Assembly: GCA_963776085.1 (NCBI GenBank)
Contig: CAVZMS010000124.1
Coordinates: 2,488 to 66,487 of the forward strand
Origin: an uncultured delta proteobacterium
Lineage (GTDB): Bacteria > Desulfobacterota > DSM-4660 > Desulfatiglandales > HGW-15
Direction: 5' to 3'
DNA: 64,000 bases
Numbering within the stretch: the first letter of the stretch is position 1; each line of letters starts with the position of its first letter. Made by a program: the position numbers and the translations under genes. Shown piece by piece: positions 51,896 to 62,350 of this stretch. The notes beneath the pieces are model-generated. The model ran no database searches, was not told the origin of the DNA, and was given only the letters and a program-made list of their open reading frames with translations.

Positions 51896-52186
51896 ATGAA
51901 ACGATCAGGCATGGATGAGAAAGACATCTTAGACCAGCTTGAGGAACTGGCTAAAACCCTGGGGATCAAAATCAGATACGAGCAGTTACAAAAGGAAGGG
52001 ACTTTTTTCCCGGGAGGTCTGTGTAAGGTGAAGGGGGAAAATATTCTGATTATAAACTCCAAATCCGGTATGGATGATAAAATTGAAATCCTTGCAAAGG
52101 CAGTAATATCCTTTGACCTCAGCAGGGTCTATATGCGTCCCGCCCTAAGAGAGTTCCTGTTAAAACACGCATCCGATGAAATCTGA
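51896..52186 (+). CDS. hypothetical small protein
   Basis: 96-aa ORF with normal composition and no recognisable motif. Confidence 0.5.
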   Translation: MKRSGMDEKDILDQLEELAKTLGIKIRYEQLQKEGTFFPGGLCKVKGENILIINSKSGMDDKIEILAKAVISFDLSRVYMRPALREFLLKHASDEI

Positions 52187-52224
52187 TCACAGGCATGAAT
52201 TAACCATGATCATCAGTCTTCCTA

Positions 52225-54057
52225 TCAACCTTTATTCTTGTTTCTAGAGGTATTTCGTTTGTAAAATTCCAGATACTTGGCAACCGTCACCTTCATGTTC
52301 TTCCTTTCAGATATCTCCTGGATGCCTCTTATATCATGATAATAATCAAGATGATTATATATATCACCTGATATACCGTGAAGATATTGAGACCTGACAA
52401 GGTTCTCATCCACCTTAAATCCCCTTGACTCCATAACCCGAGGCCCTGTGAATATCACCAAGGCCCTTGGCTCAGCAATTATGATATCACCGAGGGCCGC
52501 ATAACTGGCAATCGCGCCTCCCGTTGAAGGATCTGCAAGGATGGATATATATGGAAGCCCGTTTCGTTTGAGACGATTAACGGATTCAATCGTCTTAGTC
52601 ATCTGCATCAGGGCGGATATGCCCTCATAGAGCCTGGCCCCTCCGGAACAGCAAAGGCTTATAAAGGGGAGTTTTTCCTGTATAGCAAAATCAACCGCCC
52701 GTCTGAATTTTTCTCCAAACACAACCCCCATGGAGCCGCCGCAAAAATAGAATTCACTTATTGCCATTATAACCTTTAAATCGTAAATTGAAGCACTGCC
52801 TACCACAAGGGATTCCTTGAAATGGGATCGGCCTTCCTGTCTTTTAAGAAAATCCCGATAGTAACCAGTGATTGTATCCTCCTCAAACAACTGATCGACA
52901 GTCAGATTACGATAAAGCTCATGAAAGCTTCCGGTATCAGCAAGGCAGTCTATCCAACCTTCCGCTCCAAGTATGTAAGAGTATCCACATTCGGGACATA
53001 CATGAAAATTATCTAGAAAGGTATGTAAAGAAATAAGTTTTCCGCACCCTTCTCTGATATTCTCTTTGCCCTGAATGCTCCCGCATTCAATATATTCCTG
53101 GGTTGTTTCCTTGTATTCAACCCCGCCGTAATCATCATTGACCTCCGTCAGACTGGAGTAATTTATGATCTTTATGTCGGGCGGCGGCTTTCGGAAGAGC
53201 TTTTTTATCGGTGTCTCTATGAATCGTTTAATATCGTAGAATTTCCCGCTCCCCTTTAAGAGTCCATATTTTTTTGCCCTGGCTTCCCTTTTCTTAATCA
53301 GCCTTTTTATACGCGATCCTGATAGATGTTTGATGGATTTAACCAGAAACTGTCTGATATTATCCGACATCTCCTGACAATCGGCAACATCCACCGGGGA
53401 TGGAACTATACGGTCTATAACGTCCAGTTTTTTGAGCTCTTCGGCAGTTGGTTTCAGGATAATCAGAGCGTCTTTTATACGGCTTGGATCCCTGAATACA
53501 ATTGAAGCCATACTCTCTGGAGGTGCCGTTGCATATAAGGCATCATCCATCTGTCCCCTGACGTCCGTTACCTGAATGGCCAAAGCCCCGCCACTTCCTC
53601 CTTCGCCAAGGACAAGAGATATAGTCCTGATGGGGATAGTCAAAAACTCTCGGATCAGATGAGCAATAAAAAATGCCTGAAAATGCTGGGCGGATTCCAT
53701 CGAAATATCTGCCCCATATGTGTCTATGAGACATAAGATTATAGTCCTGTCCGGATCAGAATCCCTAGCCCGCTTCAGCACCGAGAGGATCAAGGAGTGA
53801 TCATCGGATGTAAGCATGCCGTAATTGAGTTTATCAAGGTCTTCCTGCTTCTTCAGATCGGAAGCCTTGGGTTTTTGCTGCCCTATGACAAAGAGATCCC
53901 TATCCATAAACCGGCATGTTCCGGTTATAAGTGAGTCACTCCCGCCTTCGATGGCTTCAAAATCAGGAAAAAGCATATCGATAATATCTGAACTCCTTGG
54001 CCGGAAGGGGTTCCTGATCCGCTTTTTGAATACATCAACAAGTTCCAACTTTGCCAT
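52225..54057 (-). CDS. fused acetyl-CoA carboxylase carboxyltransferase (AccA-like N-terminal half, AccD-like C-terminal half)
   Basis: Intact 610-aa ORF. The N-terminal half has IDTYGA...GEGGSGGALAI (alpha-subunit pattern). The C-terminal half has CPECGYS (Zn ribbon), GGSMGVVFGEKF, SGGARLYEG and DPSTGG (beta-subunit pattern). Confidence 0.85.
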   Translation of the reverse strand: MAKLELVDVFKKRIRNPFRPRSSDIIDMLFPDFEAIEGGSDSLITGTCRFMDRDLFVIGQQKPKASDLKKQEDLDKLNYGMLTSDDHSLILSVLKRARDSDPDRTIILCLIDTYGADISMESAQHFQAFFIAHLIREFLTIPIRTISLVLGEGGSGGALAIQVTDVRGQMDDALYATAPPESMASIVFRDPSRIKDALIILKPTAEELKKLDVIDRIVPSPVDVADCQEMSDNIRQFLVKSIKHLSGSRIKRLIKKREARAKKYGLLKGSGKFYDIKRFIETPIKKLFRKPPPDIKIINYSSLTEVNDDYGGVEYKETTQEYIECGSIQGKENIREGCGKLISLHTFLDNFHVCPECGYSYILGAEGWIDCLADTGSFHELYRNLTVDQLFEEDTITGYYRDFLKRQEGRSHFKESLVVGSASIYDLKVIMAISEFYFCGGSMGVVFGEKFRRAVDFAIQEKLPFISLCCSGGARLYEGISALMQMTKTIESVNRLKRNGLPYISILADPSTGGAIASYAALGDIIIAEPRALVIFTGPRVMESRGFKVDENLVRSQYLHGISGDIYNHLDYYHDIRGIQEISERKNMKVTVAKYLEFYKRNTSRNKNKG

Positions 54058-54160
54058 AATTGTTACCCCGTTTCACGTCAATATAATAGAAATCTATCAT
54101 TCTTTAGGATCAGGATCAATCCTAGATATACAAAATAAAAAGAGGCAAATTCTCTCTTAA

Positions 54161-57100
54161 TTATTGATCAAGGCCGGGCGAATCGTTTTTCTGAATTTTT
54201 GTTGCAGCGTTATTGAGGTCTTGCAGTATCTTTATAGGGCTTAATAGTAACCGTTTTAAGATCCCTCCGACACCCCCACCCAGGCTCTCTAAGGGGACAA
54301 AGTTACATCAGGATTTGAAAAAGGTCCTTTTACTTTAAAAGAGTAAAGCAAGACCGATCCTTTTTCTCCTTCAATAATATAACCCAGGATAGGAATCATA
54401 TTTACCAAGTTGTCAATAGTCTCATGAGGTTGAGCCCCTAATACAAAATCAAAACTTCTTCCTGGAATATCCGTTTTTCCGTAGCCTACAGCATTAAAAA
54501 CAGGACTCCTCATTACAAAATTCTCTGATGCTGAGTATGCCTTTATCAATTATTATATCTGCGGTCATACTTTCAAAGTAGAATCCTTCTCCTGTTAGAT
54601 CCGGAGGTCTCTTTTTAAAGATATTCTGGAGGCTTAAAAAATCAAGAACTTTGATAATCACACGCGAATTCTTTAATAATCCCTGATTTAATGAGACCTT
54701 TGCATGTCCTGCCAGGTTGGAAATCAGATCCTTTTTTTCCTTTCCTGTCATGGTGAGTTGCGCCTCCATGGTAAGACTTCCCTTCATATCCATATCATTC
54801 ATCCCAAGGTCTTTAAGCAATTCATCAATAGGCTGTTCAGTCAAACGGATATCACCGGAGAACAGCAGTTCCGGCTCTTTGCCGGTTATCACATGTCCGT
54901 TTACCGTTAAATCGCCATGTGCCAGACTTGTCCTGCAATTTTCTATATAAAGACCCTCATCCCTAAGATTCATTTCGGCAGTCATCTGTTTAAACATCAA
55001 TTTCCGCCATATGCCGGCCGATACATCCAGATCGATGCCGATATCCATATCATGGATAGATCTGTCCTGATCTTTCTGTTTATCTTCCACGACAGGTGAT
55101 AATATATTAGATAAATCGAGAAAATCGCTTTTTATGGCTATGTTTCCGGCCAGAGTATTCCATCCTTTGATCTCTCCTGTAATATTAACCGGACTTTCGC
55201 CCACATTCATAAAACATCTTGAAATTACAGCCTGTCTTCCGAAGAATTGCAACTGGAATGAACAATCACTGATCGGTGATGACAGGATGCCCAAATGAAA
55301 AGATAGACCCTTTCCCTCTAATTGACCCGTGATATCGGAGTCCGCTAACCCCCGTCCTGATAAAGAGATATTTAAACTTCCATTTAATGTTCCCTTGGTA
55401 GGAATTTCATGTTCCTTGATACGAATGCCCATGTCTTCTATAGCCAAATCGGATGATTTGACATTAAATTGAATGGGATCTTTCCTTTGCATGTTATACT
55501 CACCCGATAATTCAATAAGGGAGCCATTGAGTCTGCAAAGGACCTCTCTTATATTAATCCTGTCGTGCGGTTTATACTCCAGGTTAAAAACCATGCTGTT
55601 ATTTCCCCTTGGAGGCTTAATAGAGAATCCTTCAGACTCCAAGGCCATATCATCCAGGGCTATATTGCCTAGGCAAGACCAATAATCATCTTTCTTTACC
55701 ATTGAGATATTCAATGGCAACGGCCCGCTAAAATTAAAGCGTGATTCATTCCGATGGGAGACTGTGGGAATTACTTGATTCATATCCATGTCGGCAGATA
55801 TATCCACTCCCCTAATTTCAAAGCTATTGCCTGCAATGATAAAATCTCCTGTTGCATTAAAAGTTGTGTTTCCCCAAAGACCGGTACCACGGAAGCTATT
55901 CTGATTGCTCTCATTAATATGGATCTCCGCCTCTTTAAATTTCAGTGGCAGGAGCAATTCTTTCCTGTCAAACAAACAATCAGTGAAGAAGAATTCACCT
56001 TTCAGGATCCGAGGATATTTCCAACCGCGTTCATAACCGATCCTGGTAATACACTCCATGCGGCCATCAAGACCGTGTATTTGATCCAGGGACTCGTCTT
56101 ATTCCTGGAGGTATGATCATCATTTCTTCCTGGCTCATAAGTTCCTGAATATCAAAAGAGCCGTCCGTCAATACTTCAAAATGGGGAGAAGAGGTTAACA
56201 TCCCTTTAATATCAAGCCCCGCATCCTTTATCAGGGAATTTCCGAAACGCGCACTCAATCCTGAGACATGAAAGTCACCATCCTTTAGGGCGATCTTGCA
56301 TGAAACCTCCCTAAATGGTACTTGAACGCCTTTTCCGGAGGCCTCAAGATTATGACACTCAAGACCTAATCCCAGTACAGAACGATTTTCGGGGATTCTC
56401 AGATTTTTAAACTGAGCCAGATTCCCCTGAAGGGTAAAAAAATCCAGCTTGATATCACCACGATCAAAGATGGGGAAAAGCTCATTTTCGACCCATGCGG
56501 CCAAAAGAGGGAATGGAAAAAGATTTTTAAAGACTTCAAAGGTCATAAAGTCGCTTTTGGCCGAAAGCTCAAGATATGTGGTGTCCTTATCTTTTAGATC
56601 AACCAGAAAAATAAGATCCATGGAATAATCCTGAGTCATTATCTTTAAAGGTTGGAATCTTATCCTCCTGCCTTCAATAATAGACTGGAAGTCAAAGGCA
56701 ACTTTTTGGATTAAAAAATCCTTATGGCGATCCTTCTTGAGAATTGAAAATTTAAGGGACGTGATGTCTATCCGTCCATCCACCGACATCTTTCCGTCGG
56801 CCCCCCCCCTTATCTCCAATCTGGTTTCAAAATCGCCTTGTTTAACTGGCACTGACTCGGGCCAGGTAATCAAGCTTAAAGGCGCTTTACCGGTTTTAAG
56901 TATTATATCAACTGATGATGGATATCCCACGCCTCCCGAAGGCTGGAGGATTGTTCCATCGAGATCAAATGGGACCCTTTTCCCTTTAAACTCAACCATC
57001 CCTTGTGATTTTACCTTCAGAGTCAATGGAGAGGGGACTGTCTGGCGGGCATTGAGATACAATTCCTCTATATGAAAAGACTTCCCTATAAAATTTACTT

Positions 57101-57512
57101 GGCCTTTCTCAATATTTATGGACTTCATTCCCTGTATCCAAAAAAACGGCAACCCTTTGTTACCGAATCGATTACTGCCGGTGGGAAGTGTGAACCCATC
57201 TTTCACGGCAATATCAATTTTCGGTCTGTACATATCCAGGCTGGTTGGTACGATACGTCCTGACATCAATTCTCTGGTATCCAGGATGATCCTTACCCTT
57301 GTGGCTGAAAAATTATTACCACCCTGCCTTGATTTTGCATCAAAGTCACGGATTGATATCCCGACACCTCTCCAGAGATATAACTCTATCTCTCCGGTCC
57401 GTATATCATATCCAATCGAATAAGAGATCCTGTCAATCAAGGCCTTCTGAACAGACGGCATCTGAATAAGGGCATTTACCAAGGCAAGTATGGAGATGAA
57501 AAGGAGGGCCAA
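54161..57512 (-). CDS. AsmA-family / YhdP-like large envelope protein (at least three frame shifts)
   Basis: Colinear fragments 56067-57512, 54494-56059 and 54289-54549 are followed by a further tail (..LESLGGGVGGILKRLLLSPIKIL..) running to a stop at 54161-54163. An N-terminal TM is present. The family assignment rests on size, architecture and the C-terminal pattern. Confidence 0.65.
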
Positions 57513-57547
57513 TAAAATGACAGGGACTGTGAATGATCTTATCTTTT

Positions 57548-57985
57548 TTAAAACATTTTCTCGAAATAGTCGCTAAGTATCCTGTCATGATCAAAGGCAA
57601 GATCATCAGGCAGGTTATCACGATTAAAGATATCTATCTCAATTGCGTCATCAGACGCGCAAGCCCGGCCTTTAGCCCTGGCCTGAAAAACAACGGAGAT
57701 AGTATGGCGTCGCGGATCTCTTTTTGGGTCGGAATATGCCCCAATCTGTGAAATGAGTTCTATATCCAATGATGTTTCCTCCTTAGCCTCTCTAATGGCA
57801 GCCATCTCAAGGGTCTCGCCATAATCCACAAAGCCGCCGGGGAGCGCCCATCCATAAGGCGGATTCTTACGCCGTATCAGTACGATTCCACCCTCCATCT
57901 CTATGACAATATCAACAGTAGGAAATGGATTTTTATATCTCTCAACTTCCTTGCCGCAGTAAGGGCATAGAATGCGATCTTCCAA
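57548..57985 (-). CDS. NUDIX hydrolase with an N-terminal zinc ribbon
   Basis: Intact 145-aa ORF with CPYCG at the N-terminus and the Nudix box [24 protein letters not shown]. Confidence 0.88.
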   Translation of the reverse strand: MEDRILCPYCGKEVERYKNPFPTVDIVIEMEGGIVLIRRKNPPYGWALPGGFVDYGETLEMAAIREAKEETSLDIELISQIGAYSDPKRDPRRHTISVVFQARAKGRACASDDAIEIDIFNRDNLPDDLAFDHDRILSDYFEKMF

Positions 57986-58074
57986 CAGAACAATCCTCCT
58001 TAACTTTTCTTCACCGATATTATTTTTCTATAGCGTTCAAAGGTCTCAAAAGTAAATCTTTTTATTCGGAGTTC

Positions 58075-58874
58075 TTATTCCCTGTAACCATTCGAGGTCA
58101 GCCTACCATCTACATAGACTCTGTTCTGTTCGTCAAAGGCAAACCTACCTTCGGCAATCATTTCAATCGTACGGGGAAATATATTCCAATCACCAAGTTC
58201 TTTAAGCCTTTTCTGATGTTCTATCGGCTACCTTTAATCAACCTGTCTCTGTCTTTCAGTAATTGCTCAAGAGGTTCCGGGAGTTCAACCTTCAAGGGTC
58301 TAGAAATCATTAAGATCGGACCGGTATCGACTCCCTGATCCGTCCATAGGGTTGATGAACGAAGTATGGTCTCTCCGGCTATAATGGCGTCGAGAACAGC
58401 GTGATCACCCACATATTTTCTCTTCCCGTCAGGCGTCATTATTGAAAGATCCGCAGGGTGAACATTGATACATCCCTTCAGAGTCGTGTAACTCATATAG
58501 CCGCCGAGTGCTATGATATCTATCTCAAAGGCATGTATCAGCTTGGCGGCCAAGCTGTCGAATTCCCGCCTTGCAGAAAGACCATCGGGATCAAGAACAC
58601 TCCTTTTCAGTCCTCTTATGCGATGAAATGTTCGAATGTCATAGCTAAAATAAGGGATGCCGTTCTCATAGGCAATTTCCTCTCCCCTGCATTTCCCGTC
58701 GGATCTGTCACTAAATATGAAAACAACATGAAATGGTGATGAGCCCTTTTGCTTTTCTAAATTCTTCTCCCTCTCGATTAGCTTAATAATATTAGTTCCT
58801 GATCCTGACATGAAGGCCGCTACCCTCATGGGTAACCCTCTCTTATTGGAATCAAAGATGGTTGTTAGTTTCAT
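58075..58874 (-). CDS. formyltransferase-family protein (PurN-like) (one frame shift)
   Basis: Fragment 58221-58874 has FMSGSGTN and INVHPADL. The tail EHQKRLKELGDWNIFPRTIEMIAEGRF... continues in another frame to a stop at 58075-58077. Adding one C in agccgata near 58225 restores the frame. The probable start is MRVAAF.. at 58829. Confidence 0.7.
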
Positions 58875-59284
58875 TTAGTTCCTTAAATAACTATTTTACA
58901 AAATCTTATATCCTTTTTTCATTCTTTAAGCAACCGTATAGATTACCCCAACAAAAGGATCACCTTGACCATCTCGACCGCTTCTGCTATCATTTATATA
59001 ATAATATCTGGTGATAAGCACAATTTTTATGTTTACGGTGAACACGCTAAAAGACATGAAATATAATCTTTTTTAATAAAATATGTTTGATATCTTAAAT
59101 GCCCAATCCTCCGTCATGTGTTTAGGACTTTATTACTGCGTGGGGAGAAAAGAATTATTCTTGGGTTACAGTAAAATATTCATAATAACTATATATAATT
59201 TTTAATAAATTATTTATTATATATTGACAAATATATTATTTTATGTATAATTTTTATACGAAATGCTTATTTAAGGGGTAACCA

Positions 59285-60085
59285 ATGTATCTGGAATATT
59301 GGGGATTTAAAAAATTCCCATTTGAAAATGTCCCGGACCCGGACTTTTTTTACCTCTCAAAATCACATGAGGAGGCCCTAACACGCCTCATCTACGCCGC
59401 AAAGATGAGAAAGGGCGGAGCTATGTTATCAGGGGAGATAGGCTGCGGCAAGACCACCCTATCAAAAGTATATATCAAAGAACTGTCCGGAGACAATTAT
59501 GATATCGGCCTTATAATAAACCCCAATTTGGAAACAATAGAATTCTTGCAGGAGATATTATATCAATTTGATATAAGCAATGTCCCGGATACAAAAGTAA
59601 AATGTCTCAGGGCCCTTAATGACAAGATGCTGGAGAACATGAAGTTGCATAAGGAGACCATATTGATAGTTGATGAGGCCCAGTTGCTTACTCAATCCAC
59701 ATTTGAGGAGATCCGGCTTCTGCTGAATTTCCAGCTAAATAATCGATTTCTTATGACCGTTATCCTCCTTGGCCAGCCCGAGTTGAGGAATAAGGTAAAA
59801 AGCATTGAACAGTTGGATCAGAGAATCGCCATAAAATACCATCTATTGCCTTTTAACCATGAAGAAACCTTTAATTATATTATCTTTAGACAGAAAAAAT
59901 CCGGCAGACAAGAGAATGTTTTCACCAGTGAAGCAATTGAAAAGATATTTGAGCATAGCGGTGGCATCCCGAGAATGATCAACAATCTTTGTGATCTTTC
60001 ACTCTTGATCGGGTTCAGCACAAATGAAAAGGTTATCGAGCCCAAGATAGTGGAGAATATTATCAGCGATGGTGCACTTTTCTGA
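59285..60085 (+). CDS. ExeA-like AAA ATPase (secretion/EPS-locus associated)
   Basis: Intact 266-aa ORF with YWGFKKFPFENVPDPDFFY, GEIGCGKTT, IVDEAQ and GGIPRMINNLC. Confidence 0.8.
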   Translation: MYLEYWGFKKFPFENVPDPDFFYLSKSHEEALTRLIYAAKMRKGGAMLSGEIGCGKTTLSKVYIKELSGDNYDIGLIINPNLETIEFLQEILYQFDISNVPDTKVKCLRALNDKMLENMKLHKETILIVDEAQLLTQSTFEEIRLLLNFQLNNRFLMTVILLGQPELRNKVKSIEQLDQRIAIKYHLLPFNHEETFNYIIFRQKKSGRQENVFTSEAIEKIFEHSGGIPRMINNLCDLSLLIGFSTNEKVIEPKIVENIISDGALF

Positions 60086-61121
60086 CATTATAAAGTTAAA
60101 AGATAAAAAGGAAGCCAAGTTTATACCGGTGGAGCAATATGCCCGGGAGGACAAGTTCAGATTGAGCGACTCTCAGGTATTTCAGACTAAGGATATGAAG
60201 TCGGATCCCGTCAAAACATCTTCTGAGAGTAAAACAAGTTTAGAAATCGTGACATACTATGAAAAATTCATCGAAAGGGCCATGGATGTAAGGGAAAGAG
60301 TAAAAGGTGATAAGGGGATAAGTCCTTCACCGATACTTACCGATCTGCACTATATTATAGAGAAAGACCTTATTGATGAAATATATAACTACGCGATGTC
60401 CGCACAGGAAGACTATGAAGATATGCTTATCCATACCATTGATGTGACTTTTACAGCGCTGAAGATTGGCAAGGGGATGGATTATGATATCAAGATGCTT
60501 TTAAGATTAGGCCTGGCGGCCTTTCTTGAGAATGTGGGTATGTATAAGATTCCTGATAGTATTCTTAAAAGCACGGGAAATCTCGGGGAAGAAGAGATAA
60601 AGTTAATTAAAAAACACCCTGAGATAAGTTATGAGATACTGGGACAGATGGGAGAAAAATACAGCTGGCTGGCTGATGTGGCCCACCAGATCCACGAGAG
60701 ATCGGACGGCTCAGGCTATCCCTTGGGGCTTACGGGTGATAAAATATTGGAACTGGCATCAATTATCGGTCTGGTCGATGTCTACTCGGCAATGATAAAA
60801 AACAGGCCTTACAGGAAGAAATTTGTTCAGACAGATTCTATAAGGTTAATAGTAGGGGGCAGCAAGGGTCAATTTCCGTCCAGGATAGTAAAGGTTTTTT
60901 TAAATCAGATCTCGCTATTCCCGGTCAATTCATATATCAAATTGAATAACAGGTCTATTGGGAGAGTAATATCAACGGATAAAAACCAGCCCCTGAGGCC
61001 GACCATTGAGATTATTTATGACGGATCAGGGAATAAATTGGAGAAACCGCAGGTTATTCCTTTGTCGGATAACCCTCTATTGTATATTGAAGGGAACGCC
61101 AAAGCGGATGACCTTCCATGA
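60069..61121 (+). CDS. HD-GYP domain protein
   Basis: Intact 350-aa ORF with HPEISYE...HERSDGSGYP. It overlaps the preceding gene by 17 nt. Confidence 0.85.
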   Translation: MVHFSDIIKLKDKKEAKFIPVEQYAREDKFRLSDSQVFQTKDMKSDPVKTSSESKTSLEIVTYYEKFIERAMDVRERVKGDKGISPSPILTDLHYIIEKDLIDEIYNYAMSAQEDYEDMLIHTIDVTFTALKIGKGMDYDIKMLLRLGLAAFLENVGMYKIPDSILKSTGNLGEEEIKLIKKHPEISYEILGQMGEKYSWLADVAHQIHERSDGSGYPLGLTGDKILELASIIGLVDVYSAMIKNRPYRKKFVQTDSIRLIVGGSKGQFPSRIVKVFLNQISLFPVNSYIKLNNRSIGRVISTDKNQPLRPTIEIIYDGSGNKLEKPQVIPLSDNPLLYIEGNAKADDLP

Positions 61122-61146
61122 ATCATAATATTCAAGACCGTCAGCA

Positions 61147-62329
61147 ATGCAAAATATTTTTCATAATTTCATGATAAGCGCCTCCCCTACAATATGCAGG
61201 AGATACCGTATAGTCTTCTCCATAGGCATCATCTACCTGAGCATGGCTCTACTACAAGCCTGCTACTCTTCAACGGCTGTCAAGGGCATCCCTGTCAAGG
61301 AACTCACCATTGCCAAAGATCAAAGGGTTGTAAAGACGGCAAGCCCCGTGGAAGACAATGCCTCGATTACTCTGATGAGCCAGTCCCACGGCAATAAGAC
61401 ATTTACCGAGGTGTCCGGCATCCCGGAATATTTGATCGGCCCGCTGGATGTCTTGGAAATCAATTCTCATATCGGGGATAAAGTGACATCAACCACGGTT
61501 ACCGTAAACAGCAGGGGTAAAATCTCCTATTCCTTTATAGATGACCTCGATGTGAATGGAATGGCGCCCAGTCAACTGGATGAACTCCTCACAGAAAAGA
61601 TGTCCGCTTTTATTAAAAACCCGAGGATCGATATCCTTGTTAAGGAATTTAAGAGCAAGAGTGTCACCGTGTTGGGCGAGGTCGCGTCGCTTAGGACGAC
61701 CGGTACTACATCGGCAGCTAGTGGAAGGATATTCTTGAAAGGTAAAACCACACATAATAGACCTCATCGCTAAGGCGGGAGGATATACGGTTGATGCTGA
61801 TATAAAAAATGTCAACCTTGTCAGACAGGGAAGGAAATATGCGATCAATCTTTATGATATTTATGAAAAAGGCGATGAGAGCCGCAATGTTATACTTGAT
61901 GATGGAGATGTCGTAGATGTTCCTAAATTGCCGACATTTGGTGAAAGGGTCTATGTACTGGGCGAGGTTAAATCCCAGGGGATATACTCCCTTAAAGACG
62001 CCCGGGATCTCCTTGGTGCTATTTCTCTTGCCGGGAGTATCACCCCTCTGGCAAAGGAGGAGAACACCCTTATTGTGAGGGGATACGGCACACTGGAAAA
62101 CGGCCCTCTGGTTATGATGTCCGATGTCAAGGCCATGCTGAGAGAAGCTGATTTGGCCCAAAATATAGAACTTCAAGATGGTGATCTTGTGTATGTGCCG
62201 AGGATGTTGATAGGGGATATAAACGAGTGGATCTCCAACACGACGCCTATGCTTGACTTTCTCCTTTATCCACAACGATTAACAAACGACTATTTTACGA
62301 AAGACTACCTCCACTTAAATCGCAAATGA
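61147..62329 (+). CDS. polysaccharide export protein (Wza-like, Poly_export + SLBB domains) (two frame shifts)
   Basis: Fragments 61147-61773 (YLIGPLDVLEI) and 61928-62329 bracket a middle piece in the third frame (..LIDLIAKAGGYTVDADIKNVNLVRQG..). Confidence 0.8.
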
Positions 62330-62350
62330 TGGAAGAAACAAGAGGATATC

